Assembly: GCF_051201565.1 (NCBI RefSeq)
Contig: NZ_CP179200.1
Span: 1,230,001-1,262,000, forward strand
Length of the DNA stretch: 32,000 nucleotides
Reading direction: 5' to 3'
DNA from: Pseudothioglobus sp. nBUS_23
GTDB lineage: Bacteria; Pseudomonadota; Gammaproteobacteria; PS1; Pseudothioglobaceae
Shown here: positions 18,604-28,439 of the stretch, in pieces
Layout of the letters: each line of letters begins with the position of its first letter
Numbering within the stretch: position 1 is the stretch's first letter
The notes under the pieces: generated by a model
Databases searched by the model: none
What the model was told of the DNA's origin: nothing
Seen by the model: the letters and a program-made list of their open reading frames with translations, nothing else
Made by a program: the position numbers and the translations under genes

Positions 18604-21600
18604 CTAAGCTGGCGCTTTTTTCCTAGAAAATCTTGCTCCAATTCTGCTAAGCATATTGATAAAGTCATAGTTCATTAGGTACATACAAGGCAACAGGATT
18701 AATGTTAAAAATGTACCAAATATTAGGCCATAGCCAAGAGCAAGAACCATAGGCTGAAGGAATACATCAGTACCTCCAATTCCATAAGCCAAAGGCAAAA
18801 CTCCAGCCATTGTTGTCAGGGTAGTCAATACAACAGCCCTCAAACGATCTCTAGAGCCTCTAGCAATCCAAACCTTTTTTTCTTCCAATTGGGCGCTCTT
18901 ATCCCTAATGTAGTTTAGATGGCTTACCATCACTAGAGAATCATTCACAATAACCCCCATCAATGCCAAGGAGCCAGTCAGTGCAAAAAAGCTGAGTGGC
19001 TCACCATGAAAATAGAAAGCCCAAATCACACCAATCAGAGAAAATGGAACTGCAGCAAGGACCAGCATAGGCTGAGAGTATGAATTAAAGAGTATCGCAA
19101 GAAGAAGAAAAATTCCAATGATTGCCACGACAAAAGCCCTTAGGAAGTCTTGAAGTGATTCAATCGATTCTTGAGCTCCTCCAGAGGTAACGATAGATAC
19201 TTGAGGGTATTCCACTGAAGCATTTAATTCCTTCAGAGCCTGAGCTAAAATGATGGTCTTTGACGGAGGCGGACCCCTTCTTTCTGGCTGAGCTGCACTT
19301 TCATCTGATTCCTCTAGCTTGACATCAAGTGAATCACTCTCGACGTTTTCAGAGCTCTCATCAACTTTAGAAGGTCTTCCCCTTGGACGTCCGTCTGCAA
19401 TACTTGCTGTAACTTTGATAGAGCGATCACCATCCAGATGATTATAATCTGGCTCCCCTTCAATTTCTCGAAGGGTTGAAAACTGACTCATAGGTATTAA
19501 ATTACCTTGACGATTTTTTACTGCAGTATTTTGGATAAAGTTTTCAGTATAGTCATTCTCACCAATATAGATTCTTACGTCTTCTTCCTTACCTGCAATA
19601 GTAGCATCAGTTACATAGGATCCTGAAAAGGCAGTTCTAAGATGCCTGTAGACAGATTGATAATCCACTCCTAGACGTGCCATTTCATCAAAATCAAGGA
19701 CTGTTTCAATTCTTGGCTTACCAATTTCATCATTTCGATTAATATTGTCAACACCATTGATTGACTTTAATATCTCCTCAAGCCTATCTGCGGCTAACAC
19801 TCGCTGGGCATCATTAGCTGAAACTAAGGTAACCTCAATATCAGCACCCTGAGGAGGCCCTGGTCTAAGCAAAGATATTCTTATTTCTTCAGCACCTTCA
19901 ACATTTTTTACCAACTCTTTAAGCTTTTCCTGCATATCTTCAGCAGCACGCTCTCTGTCGCTAGTAGGTGTAAGAGCAATCTCTATGTCAGCTTTATTTG
20001 TGAAAAATGCATCAATTTTGCTCGTGTAAGATTTCAAGTCTTCACCAATCTCATTAACAATCAAATTTTCCACATCAATGACAATTTTTTCAGTGTAAGA
20101 AGCGGAACTTCCATTCGGTGCCTCAATGTTTGCAAACATGACTGTAGCGCCCCTCGATGGAAACAAATTGAAAGGAATATTCTTCATAGCAAACATTGCT
20201 GAATAAACTAGGAGTGCAATAAATAATGGAACGATAAGGTAACGCCACTTTAGAATACGCACCATCATTATGTTGTATAAATTTTCAAAAGGCACAAACC
20301 ACGTTTTCTGTTTCTCAACTTTCTTAGTCGCTAGGTGAGCTGGAAGAGCGAATGTAATTTCTAGAAATGAAATTGCAAGGGCGAATAATACAACAACAGG
20401 CAGCACATAGATAAATTTACCTAATACCCCAGACATTAAGAAAAATGATGACATAACTAGCATGGTAGAAATAATTGTCGTCACTACAGGCATGATGACT
20501 CGCTTTAACCCCATCACAACATTTTTGTAGAGATTTCCTTCTTTTGATTTATAGTGATGGATGCTCTCAGCAATAACAATACTATCATCCACAACAATTC
20601 CTAGAACAAGGATAAACCCTGAGAGAGATATTAAATTGATGGTGTTTCCAGTAAGCCCAAGCCCAAAAACAGTTCCTAAGAGAGTCACTGGAATACTCAC
20701 TGCGACCCAAAAAGCAGTTTTTAATGAAAGGAATACACCTAATACTACCAAAACTAGAGCCAGTCCAATGTAGCCATTTTTAATGATGATATCTAGCCGA
20801 TTTGCAACAGCTTCTGAGGAGTCATCAGTATAGAAAATATTGATATCGTCTGGAATGTTTTTCTGGAGTTCAGCAACACGCTCTCTCACTCTTTTGACGG
20901 TTCTAATGATATCAGCCTGCGGCTGTTTTTTTACCTGGAGAACAAATCCTTTTGTTCCATTGACTCGAGTTATCGAGGTCTCTTCTTCTTGCCCCCTGAA
21001 GACCTCTGCAATATCATTCAACCTAATGACTGGACCATCAAAGCTTGATTTAATGACAACGTTCTTGATATCCTCGATACTCTCAAACTCTGAAAGTATT
21101 ACAATATTTTTTTCAAGGCTTTCTTGATTATTATCTCCAACAGTAAATCGAGCATTTCTACTTGAGATCGCGGAGATCACTTCGTTGATTGACATCTCGT
21201 ATTTGACAAGTTTGTCTGGGTTGACCTTTATTTGAATTTCACTATCAAGATAACTCGGATTATCTACTGATGCTACGCCTTTAATTCTTGAAATAGCCAC
21301 CTCAAGTTCATCTGTAATTTGCCTTGCCTGGTTAAAGTTTCCGGATGTACTATCAATATTAATTGTAACTACAGGGAATTCAGTGACATTGAAATCAACC
21401 ACTTGGGGTAAATCAGTTACTTCTTCAGGAAAAGCTTTGACACGGTTCACCGCATTTCGAACATCGTTTTTAGTAGTTGTAACATCTTTAAGATCAGCTT
21501 CGAGAGTCACTATGATGCTGGAAATGCCTTCTCTTGAGGAAGAAGTAATTTCTTTAATTCCACTAACACTAAGAAGCTCTTCTTCAATAACATTAGTTAT

Positions 21601-21789
21601 AGATTTTTCAACATCTTCAGGAGAGGCCCCTGGATAAGCAGTAGTTACACTCAATACTTCAAAATCTACAGTCGGAAATTGATCTCGCTGCATGCCCACT
21701 ACAGAAAGGACACCAATAGCTATAAATGCAAGAGAGAAGACAAGCGCAAATTTCTTCTGTCTCACCAGAAAATCTAAAAAGGCATCCAT
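18604..21789 (-). CDS. RND-superfamily efflux transporter permease (AcrB/AcrD/AcrF family)
   Basis: 1061 aa with the typical 12-TM two-large-loop layout (N-terminal TM, TM2-6 cluster around ..ISLSGFILVLGIVVDDSIV.., second cluster ..GSLALMGVIVNDSLV..). No adjacent membrane-fusion or outer-membrane component. Confidence 0.9.
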   Translation of the reverse strand: MDAFLDFLVRQKKFALVFSLAFIAIGVLSVVGMQRDQFPTVDFEVLSVTTAYPGASPEDVEKSITNVIEEELLSVSGIKEITSSSREGISSIIVTLEADLKDVTTTKNDVRNAVNRVKAFPEEVTDLPQVVDFNVTEFPVVTINIDSTSGNFNQARQITDELEVAISRIKGVASVDNPSYLDSEIQIKVNPDKLVKYEMSINEVISAISSRNARFTVGDNNQESLEKNIVILSEFESIEDIKNVVIKSSFDGPVIRLNDIAEVFRGQEEETSITRVNGTKGFVLQVKKQPQADIIRTVKRVRERVAELQKNIPDDINIFYTDDSSEAVANRLDIIIKNGYIGLALVLVVLGVFLSLKTAFWVAVSIPVTLLGTVFGLGLTGNTINLISLSGFILVLGIVVDDSIVIAESIHHYKSKEGNLYKNVVMGLKRVIMPVVTTIISTMLVMSSFFLMSGVLGKFIYVLPVVVLFALAISFLEITFALPAHLATKKVEKQKTWFVPFENLYNIMMVRILKWRYLIVPLFIALLVYSAMFAMKNIPFNLFPSRGATVMFANIEAPNGSSASYTEKIVIDVENLIVNEIGEDLKSYTSKIDAFFTNKADIEIALTPTSDRERAAEDMQEKLKELVKNVEGAEEIRISLLRPGPPQGADIEVTLVSANDAQRVLAADRLEEILKSINGVDNINRNDEIGKPRIETVLDFDEMARLGVDYQSVYRHLRTAFSGSYVTDATIAGKEEDVRIYIGENDYTENFIQNTAVKNRQGNLIPMSQFSTLREIEGEPDYNHLDGDRSIKVTASIADGRPRGRPSKVDESSENVESDSLDVKLEESDESAAQPERRGPPPSKTIILAQALKELNASVEYPQVSIVTSGGAQESIESLQDFLRAFVVAIIGIFLLLAILFNSYSQPMLVLAAVPFSLIGVIWAFYFHGEPLSFFALTGSLALMGVIVNDSLVMVSHLNYIRDKSAQLEEKKVWIARGSRDRLRAVVLTTLTTMAGVLPLAYGIGGTDVFLQPMVLALGYGLIFGTFLTLILLPCMYLMNYDFINMLSRIGARFSRKKAPA

Positions 21790-21819
21790 ATTAAACTATT
21801 GTTTTTGACAAAAAAAGTG

Positions 21820-21848
21820 ATTATATAGGCTTTAAAATGAAGAAACAA
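21820..21848 (-). promoter_or_regulatory. Candidate sigma70 promoter of the RND gene
   Basis: Minus strand reads TTGTTT, then 17 nt, then TATAAT (perfect -10), about 30 nt upstream of the RND ATG. Sequence pattern only. Confidence 0.4.
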
Positions 21849-21889
21849 TGTAGATTGAATGAAAATCAGGTTTCAGAATGATTCAACTT

Positions 21890-23701
21890 CTATGAATTTC
21901 TTGCTCGTTTTCTTTGATTCTCAGTTAACAACCTCTTTCTAATTCTAATATGACTTGGAGTAACCTCTACGAGCTCATCATCATCAATAAATTCAAGAGC
22001 TTGCTCCAAATCTAGACTAATTTTTGGAGTCAGAGCTACAGCTTCATCAGTGCCTGATGCTCGAACATTGGTCAATTGCTTACCCTTTAAAACGTTTATG
22101 ACAAGATCTTTATCCCTTGAATTTATGCCAACTACCATGCCCTCATAGACGTCTTCTCCATGCCCCACAAAAAACTTGCCACTTTTTTGTAAATTAAAAA
22201 TGGCATATGCAACTGACTTGCCTTGATTCATTGAGATTAGAGAGCCATTCGTTCTTTGACCAATCTTTCCTTCTTTTTGAGGCCTGTAAGACTCAAAGGA
22301 TGAATACATAAGACCCGTTCCGGTGGTAGCAGTTAAAAACTCAGTTCTAAAACCGATTAATCCTCTTGCAGGAATAACAAAGTCGAGCTTTACTCGACCT
22401 TTTCCATCTGGTGTCATATTTGTAAGCTCAGCCTTCCTTTCTCCCAATTTTTCCATGACCGAACCTTGATGGACTGACTCAACATCGACAGTGAGCTCTT
22501 CAAAAGGTTCACACACTTTACCGTCAATATCTTTTAAGATCACTTGTGGCCTTCCGACTGAGAGTTCAAAACCCTCTCTTCTCATAGTTTCTATTAATAT
22601 AGAAAGGTGCAATTCACCTCTTCCTGAAACTAAAAACTCAGAGGAATCATCTGTATCCTCAACCCTTAAAGCAACATTGTAAATTAATTCTTTATCAAGC
22701 CTCTCTCTAATATTTCTAGAGGTGATATATTTTCCATCTAGGCCCGCAAAAGGAGAATCATTGACTCTGAATGCCATGCTTACAGTTGGCTCATCTACAC
22801 TTAAGGGAGGTAAAGGCTCTATCTTAGATGGTTCACAAAGTGTATCAGAAATTGATATATTTTCTATACCTACTACTCCAACAATATCTCCTGCAGTTGC
22901 TAAATTTACTTCATGCCTCTCAAGGCCACTAAATCCAAGCAATTGAACAATCTTTACATTTCTTTTAGAACCATCAGGAGCAACTAAAACATTTTGCATA
23001 TTTTTTTTTGCTACGCCTCTTTCTATCCTTCCAATCCCAATGGCGCCAACAAATGATGAATAATCTAGAGAAGTTATTTGCATCTGAAATGGTCCGTCAA
23101 TATCAACCTCTGGGGCAGGGGCTTTCTCGACAATTACCTCAAACATTGGAGTCATATCTCCATCTCTGACAGAATCGTCCTCAGAAGCATAGCCTCCAAG
23201 TGCAGAAGCATAAATTACTGGAAAATCTAACTGGTCTTCGGTGGCACCTAACTGGTCAAAAAGATCAAAAACCTGATCAATGACCCAGTCTGGTCTTGCA
23301 CTAGGTCTATCAATTTTGTTTATAACTACAATTGGATTGAGTCCTTGCTCAAATGCCTTCTTAGTTACAAAACGCGTCTGAGGCATCGGCCCATCGACTG
23401 CATCGACTAATAAAAGCACACTGTCAACCATAGAAAGAACTCTCTCAACCTCTCCACCAAAGTCAGCATGGCCAGGCGTATCAACAATATTAATTCGATA
23501 TTCTCCCCAGTTGATGGCTGTATTTTTTGAACTGATTGTGATTCCTCTTTCTTTTTCAAGGTCATTTGAATCCATCATTCTGTCAGTTGCCTGAAAACGA
23601 TCATCAAAGGTTTGTGATTGAGAAAGTAATTTATCAACTAACGTTGTCTTGCCATGATCTACATGGGCTATGATTGCAATATTTCTTAATTTAACTGCCA
23701 T
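21890..23701 (-). CDS. typA: Translational GTPase TypA/BipA
   Basis: G motifs AHVDHGKTTL, DTPGHADF and NKIDR, with an EF-G-like domain series and the BipA-specific C-terminus. 603 aa. Confidence 0.95.
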   Translation of the reverse strand: MAVKLRNIAIIAHVDHGKTTLVDKLLSQSQTFDDRFQATDRMMDSNDLEKERGITISSKNTAINWGEYRINIVDTPGHADFGGEVERVLSMVDSVLLLVDAVDGPMPQTRFVTKKAFEQGLNPIVVINKIDRPSARPDWVIDQVFDLFDQLGATEDQLDFPVIYASALGGYASEDDSVRDGDMTPMFEVIVEKAPAPEVDIDGPFQMQITSLDYSSFVGAIGIGRIERGVAKKNMQNVLVAPDGSKRNVKIVQLLGFSGLERHEVNLATAGDIVGVVGIENISISDTLCEPSKIEPLPPLSVDEPTVSMAFRVNDSPFAGLDGKYITSRNIRERLDKELIYNVALRVEDTDDSSEFLVSGRGELHLSILIETMRREGFELSVGRPQVILKDIDGKVCEPFEELTVDVESVHQGSVMEKLGERKAELTNMTPDGKGRVKLDFVIPARGLIGFRTEFLTATTGTGLMYSSFESYRPQKEGKIGQRTNGSLISMNQGKSVAYAIFNLQKSGKFFVGHGEDVYEGMVVGINSRDKDLVINVLKGKQLTNVRASGTDEAVALTPKISLDLEQALEFIDDDELVEVTPSHIRIRKRLLTENQRKRARNS

Positions 23702-23841
23702 AATGACTACTTAATGAAAAATCGATGGCACATTATCCCGGAAAAGTTTCGTGAACCATGACTTAAATCAAAAATCAATTTAATAATGTTCAAAGAACTT
23801 CTCTTATAAAATAATTCTATTCATTTCACATAATTTAAATC

Positions 23842-24459
23842 GTGGCAAAAAAAGGAAGCTCTCGACGCTGGATGCATGAACATCTGAGCGATGAATTTGT
23901 TAAAAAAGCCCAAAAAGAGGGCTATCGCTCAAGAGCAGTATACAAATTGCTAGAGATTATCGAAAAAAATAATGTCATTCATAATGGTGATATAGTTTTG
24001 GACCTTGGTGCAGCTCCAGGAGGGTGGTCTCAGGTAGCTGCAAAATTTGTTGGAGAGAAAGGTAAAGTGATTGCCAGTGATATCTTGCCGATTGAGGAGA
24101 TCAATGGTGTGATTTTTCTTCAAGGTGACTTTACTGAAGAGTCAATTTACGAAAAATTACTAGAATTAACAGGTGATTTCAAGGTTAACGTAGTTTTATC
24201 TGATATGGCGCCAAATATGAGTGGTCAATTATCAGTTGACCAACCAAAATCAATGTATCTTGCTGATCTTGCAATTGAAATGGCTATTAAAACTTTGGAT
24301 TTAAATGGAAGTTTCATAGTCAAATTGTTTCAAGGTGAGGGATTTGATGCTTTTGTACAAACTACGAGAAAATCATTTAAGAAAGTCTCTGTATTAAAAC
24401 CTAAAGCCTCTAGACCCAGATCTAAAGAAGTTTATTTATTAGCAAGTCAGTTAAAATAA
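23842..24459 (+). CDS. rlmE: 23S rRNA U2552 2'-O-ribose methyltransferase
   Basis: ..[49 protein letters not shown]... GTG start at 23842 retains the conserved N-terminal segment. Confidence 0.92.
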   Translation: MAKKGSSRRWMHEHLSDEFVKKAQKEGYRSRAVYKLLEIIEKNNVIHNGDIVLDLGAAPGGWSQVAAKFVGEKGKVIASDILPIEEINGVIFLQGDFTEESIYEKLLELTGDFKVNVVLSDMAPNMSGQLSVDQPKSMYLADLAIEMAIKTLDLNGSFIVKLFQGEGFDAFVQTTRKSFKKVSVLKPKASRPRSKEVYLLASQLK

Positions 24460-24465
24460 TTCCAT

Positions 24466-25437
24466 ATGCAAAATTTCACTGAAATACAAGCTCTTATGAA
24501 GAGCGAACTTGACCTGATGAATAAGATTCTAGTCGATCGACTTGACTCAAATGTAGGCCTTATTAATCAAATGAGTCACTACATTATTAATTCTGGCGGA
24601 AAGCGTATAAGGCCGCTTCTTCTTCTTATTTGTGCTAAAGCCACTGAATATGAAGGAGACTATCATTACTCGATGGCAGTTGTTATTGAACTCATTCACA
24701 CAGCAACACTGCTTCATGATGATGTGGTCGATCAATCGAAAACGAGACGAGGTCACGAAACTGCTAACGAGTTATGGGGTAATGCTCCAAGCGTATTAGT
24801 TGGTGATTTTTTATATTCCAGAGCATTTGAAATTATGGTTGAGCCAAACTCTATGTCAATTATGAGGATCTTGTCAAAAGCTACAAATCAAATTTCAGAG
24901 GGTGAAGTTCTTCAATTATTGAATATAAAAAATGCCAAAGTGACTCAGACTAAATACTTTAAAGTCATTGAGAGAAAAACTGCCTGTTTATTTAAGGCTG
25001 CATGCCAGATTGCTGCAATTTTATCTAAATCTGATCAACAAACCATTAATGCATTAGGAAGCTTTGGAATGCACCTAGGTAACGCTTTTCAAATCATTGA
25101 TGACACTTTGGATTACGAATCAGACTCAAGCATTATTGGAAAGGAAATAGGTGATGACTTATCAGAAGGAAAGGTGACACTTCCAATGATCTATGCATTG
25201 GAGAAAACAAAAAAAGTTGAAAATAAAATTCTAACAGATGCGATCAATAATGCAGATGCATCAAATATTAACCAGATTGTCGATATACTTTTAAATGTTA
25301 ATGCTTTTCAATATAGTCGTGACATTGCAAAGGCCCAATCAAATAAAGCACTGAAGTCAATTGCTCATCTTCCAGACTCAAAATATAAAACTGCGCTCAT
25401 ACTTTTGTGTGAACTATCTCTTGAAAGAAGTGCCTAA
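24466..25437 (+). CDS. ispB: Octaprenyl (long-chain polyprenyl) diphosphate synthase
   Basis: First and second Asp-rich motifs LLHDDVVD and IIDDTLD. IspB-like length (323 aa) and sequence. Confidence 0.9.
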   Translation: MQNFTEIQALMKSELDLMNKILVDRLDSNVGLINQMSHYIINSGGKRIRPLLLLICAKATEYEGDYHYSMAVVIELIHTATLLHDDVVDQSKTRRGHETANELWGNAPSVLVGDFLYSRAFEIMVEPNSMSIMRILSKATNQISEGEVLQLLNIKNAKVTQTKYFKVIERKTACLFKAACQIAAILSKSDQQTINALGSFGMHLGNAFQIIDDTLDYESDSSIIGKEIGDDLSEGKVTLPMIYALEKTKKVENKILTDAINNADASNINQIVDILLNVNAFQYSRDIAKAQSNKALKSIAHLPDSKYKTALILLCELSLERSA

Positions 25438-25445
25438 GCCCCTTA

Positions 25446-27503
25446 ATGCTCTCTCCTGAACTCAAACAACAGATTCGCTCCTCTTTTGATGGCGCGAAAA
25501 CTCAGCTGAATAATTTTAGTAATCGATCATCTCAAAACAAAATGATTGCTGAAATTTCCAAAACCCTGATGGGAGAATATCCTAATTCAAATCCCATCAT
25601 TTGTGTTGAAGCTCCAACAGGAACTGGAAAAACAATGGCTTACCTTGTCAGCTGTCTGCCGATTGCAAAAGCTCTAAAAAAGAAACTTATTATTGCATCT
25701 GCTAATGTAGCGCTTCAAGAACAAATTCTTAATAAAGATATTGTTGAAGCTACAAAATATGCATCTGTAGATTTTGAATTTGCATTGGCTAAAGGAAGAT
25801 CAAGATATGTCTGCATTAGAAACTTAATTAATTTGACGGAAGAAAATTCAAACTCTAGAGAGCTTTTCGAAGATGCTCTTCTTTGGGATGAAAAGCCAAC
25901 TAAAAATGATCTTGATATCCTTTCAGAGATGGCTGAAAGCTTCTCCTCTAAAAGCTGGAGTGGTGAAATTGATGATTTAGAAAGCCCTCCAGAAAATAGT
26001 CTCTGGCAAAAAATTGCATGCAATAGATTCACTTGCAATTCAAAAAATTGTGAATTCTATAATGATTGCTCTTTTTTTAAAGCTAGAAAGAGAGCCTCAA
26101 ATTCGGACGTAATTATTGCTAACCATGATTTGGTTCTTGCTGATATTATCAATGGAAATAATGTTCTACCTGATGTTGAAGATTGCATTTTTATTTTTGA
26201 TGAAGCGCACCACTTATCTCAAAAAGCTTTGTCTCATTTTTCAATTGGAGGAAGCACTGAGTTTATGAAAGCCTCGATACGTCAAAGTCAGGGCTCAATA
26301 GAACAAATTATTAAAATAACTAAATCAAAGGCTGCAGATAGTTATATTGAAAAAGTTGATGAGTCAATTAAAGATTTGATCGAACTAATTTCTGAGCTTG
26401 ATTTTAAAGATGATACTTTCCTTTTTTCAATTAAGGGAATACCTAATGAGATAACCAACTTAACTAAAAAATTGTTTGTTATATTTAACTCAGCTTACAA
26501 TGACTTTTGTCAATTTAAGGAACAGTGGGAAGAGTTTGTCAAGACAAATAAAATAGACCAACCAACTACAGATAATATCAACAACATAGTTGGCCAAAAT
26601 AATCAAAATCTTTCATCAATTTTATCTCTTCTTTCTACATTTAATCAAATCCAAGACCCTGAAAAACCACCACTGAGTAACTGGATAAATCAGTCCAGAC
26701 TTGCAAATAAGAAATATAACTATCAGTTAAATTCTGCCAAAATTGATGTCTCAACTTCTTTGAAAAATATGATTTGGTCAAAGGCAGCAGGAGTTGTTTT
26801 AACATCTGCAACTCTGACCGCTCTTGGCAGTTTCGATCGACTGAATCAGCAAATTGGATTAAATGCGCTCGACAATCAATACCTCAGATTGCCTTCACCA
26901 TTCGATCATAAGTCTGTTGAATTTATAGTTGGAAAGATAAAGTCAAGTCCTACTAATACATATGAGCATACACAGGAAGTTGCGCAGGAACTAATAAAGA
27001 GAATAGATTCTCAATCCGCATCATTAGTTTTATTTGCCTCTAACAACCAGATGCAGGAGGTGGCAGACTTATTAGAAAAATCAGTAGACTGTGAACTTCT
27101 AATTCAGGGCGAATATAGTAAAAAAAATATTTTAGAGAGGCATATTCAAAATCGTAAAAATGGCAAAGGGAGCATTATCTTTGGGCTAGATAGCTTTGCT
27201 GAGGGAGTGGACTTGAAGGGTGATAATTTAAACCATGTATTTATCTCTAAGCTTCGTTTTAGTGTTCCAACTTCTCCGATAGAAATGACTACCCAATCCT
27301 ACCTTGAATCAATGAACCGAAATGCATTTATGGAAATATCACTTCCAGATGCCTCTTTGAGACTAATCCAAGCATGCGGAAGACTTATTAGAACTGAAAC
27401 TGACTCTGGAACAATTACAATTTTTGATAATAGACTAATAACAAAGTTTTATGGCAAACTTCTGCTAAAAGCTCTTCCTGAATTTAAGATTGTGGTTGAA
27501 TAA
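25446..27503 (+). CDS. dinG: ATP-dependent DNA helicase DinG (XPD-like, Fe-S)
   Basis: Walker A APTGTGKT, DEAHHL box, the cysteine set C..C..C..C (YVCIRN; ACNRFTCNSKNCEFYNDCSFF) and an N-terminus parallel to E. coli DinG. Confidence 0.88.
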   Translation: MLSPELKQQIRSSFDGAKTQLNNFSNRSSQNKMIAEISKTLMGEYPNSNPIICVEAPTGTGKTMAYLVSCLPIAKALKKKLIIASANVALQEQILNKDIVEATKYASVDFEFALAKGRSRYVCIRNLINLTEENSNSRELFEDALLWDEKPTKNDLDILSEMAESFSSKSWSGEIDDLESPPENSLWQKIACNRFTCNSKNCEFYNDCSFFKARKRASNSDVIIANHDLVLADIINGNNVLPDVEDCIFIFDEAHHLSQKALSHFSIGGSTEFMKASIRQSQGSIEQIIKITKSKAADSYIEKVDESIKDLIELISELDFKDDTFLFSIKGIPNEITNLTKKLFVIFNSAYNDFCQFKEQWEEFVKTNKIDQPTTDNINNIVGQNNQNLSSILSLLSTFNQIQDPEKPPLSNWINQSRLANKKYNYQLNSAKIDVSTSLKNMIWSKAAGVVLTSATLTALGSFDRLNQQIGLNALDNQYLRLPSPFDHKSVEFIVGKIKSSPTNTYEHTQEVAQELIKRIDSQSASLVLFASNNQMQEVADLLEKSVDCELLIQGEYSKKNILERHIQNRKNGKGSIIFGLDSFAEGVDLKGDNLNHVFISKLRFSVPTSPIEMTTQSYLESMNRNAFMEISLPDASLRLIQACGRLIRTETDSGTITIFDNRLITKFYGKLLLKALPEFKIVVE

Positions 27504-27513
27504 TCAGATTAAC

Positions 27514-28113
27514 TTAAAGATTATCAGCATTTTTTGATAAATACTCTGCGACACTCTGAGCACTCTCATTCATCCCATCATCGCCCTTGTTCCATCCAGC
27601 TGGACAGACTTCACCATTTTCGGTATGAAAATCAAGTGCATCAACCATTCTCAGCATTTCATCTACATTCCTACCTAATGGATGATCATTTACTACTTGG
27701 TGACGAATAACAAAGTTCTCATCTATTAAAAAAGAAGCTCTTAATGCTGTTCCCTCAGGGTGTTCAATTCCATATGAGCTCATAATTGAGTGATTCATAT
27801 CTGAAACTAATGGAAAGTCTATTGCTCCTATTCCTCCATCATTAACATTAGTATTTCGCCAAGCATTATGAGTGTGCTTAGAGTCTATTGAGACTCCAAT
27901 AAGCATAGTATTTCTCTCATCAAAAGCTTTAACTCTTTTGTGATGAGCCAAAATCTCAGAAGGGCAAACAAATGTAAAGTCCAGTGGATAGAAAAAAAGT
28001 ACTATTTTTCTCCCTTTGAATTTTGATAGTTGAAAGTCATCAACAATACTCCCATCACCAAGAATAGCGGATGAAATAAAGTCAGGTGCTTGTTTAGTAA
28101 CCAATACGCTCAA
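27514..28113 (-). CDS. Typical 2-Cys peroxiredoxin (AhpC/Tsa family)
   Basis: Peroxidatic Cys motif FTFVCPSE and resolving Cys EVCPAGW. TTG start at 28113 lies 6 nt after an AGGAG SD. No ahpF follows, so it is probably thioredoxin-linked. Confidence 0.92.
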   Translation of the reverse strand: MSVLVTKQAPDFISSAILGDGSIVDDFQLSKFKGRKIVLFFYPLDFTFVCPSEILAHHKRVKAFDERNTMLIGVSIDSKHTHNAWRNTNVNDGGIGAIDFPLVSDMNHSIMSSYGIEHPEGTALRASFLIDENFVIRHQVVNDHPLGRNVDEMLRMVDALDFHTENGEVCPAGWNKGDDGMNESAQSVAEYLSKNADNL

Positions 28114-28343
28114 AGTATTCTCCTGTTTAATGTTCTAGGGCTTTTGTAATAGGAATCTAATTCTTTCTTAAAGTCATTTTTCACTTGATCTAAGAGTATT
28201 TGACCAATAATTTTCTTTGGAATGCCGTGTTTCCTCATCGAAATAAAACTCAAACGATTGGCTTTCTTTAGTAAATAGATTTTGTAGCTATACCAATATT
28301 TCATTTTTAGTTTAAAAAAAGCCCTATGGAAGGAGGAAGACAT
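28110..28343 (-). CDS. Doubtful 77-aa basic ORF upstream of the peroxiredoxin gene
   Basis: ORF-track entry only, with no SD and no recognisable domain. Its ATG and first ~10 codons are the stem and U-tract of a strong terminator hairpin, and its Lys/Tyr-rich composition is typical of AT-rich non-coding sequence. Confidence 0.2.
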   Translation of the reverse strand: MSSSFHRAFFKLKMKYWYSYKIYLLKKANRLSFISMRKHGIPKKIIGQILLDQVKNDFKKELDSYYKSPRTLNRRIL

Positions 28344-28348
28344 AGGGC
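28311..28348 (-). terminator. Orphan rho-independent terminator (minus strand)
   Basis: Minus strand reads GCCCTATG-tcttcctccttc-CATAGGGC followed by TTTTTTTAAA (8-bp stem with 5 GC pairs, 12-nt loop, U7 tail). No annotated minus-strand gene lies upstream of it. Confidence 0.7.
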
Positions 28349-28367
28349 CAATTAATTACAAATAGGG

Positions 28368-28391
28368 AGTTATTAAAGGAAGTAAATAACT
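28368..28391. other. Hairpin H2 with AAGGAAG (plus) / CUUCCUU (minus) loop
   Basis: AGTTATT-aaaggaagta-AATAACT, a perfect 7-bp inverted repeat. Confidence 0.45.
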
Positions 28392-28439
28392 ATGAATGTA
28401 ATTAAAATATCACTTATTTAAAATCTCCTTTGATATTTC

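Noticed and set aside
23001-23009. T9/A9 homopolymer inside typA, plus other A/T runs of 8-10 nt (1432-1440, 11303-11311, 28611-28619), considered as slipped-strand phase-variation tracts.
   Set aside because: Such runs are expected in a genome of roughly 35% GC. The typA run encodes in-frame KKN, the others are intergenic, and nothing suggests a contingency locus.
28392-28421. Plus-strand mini-ORF ATGAATGTAATTAAAATATCACTTATTTAA (9 codons) preceded by AAGGAAG, and a 38-codon minus-strand ORF at 28414-28530.
   Set aside because: Both are too short and compositionally unremarkable to call as genes from sequence alone. The SD-like AAGGAAG is the loop of hairpin H2. They are kept only as alternatives under the sRNA finding.
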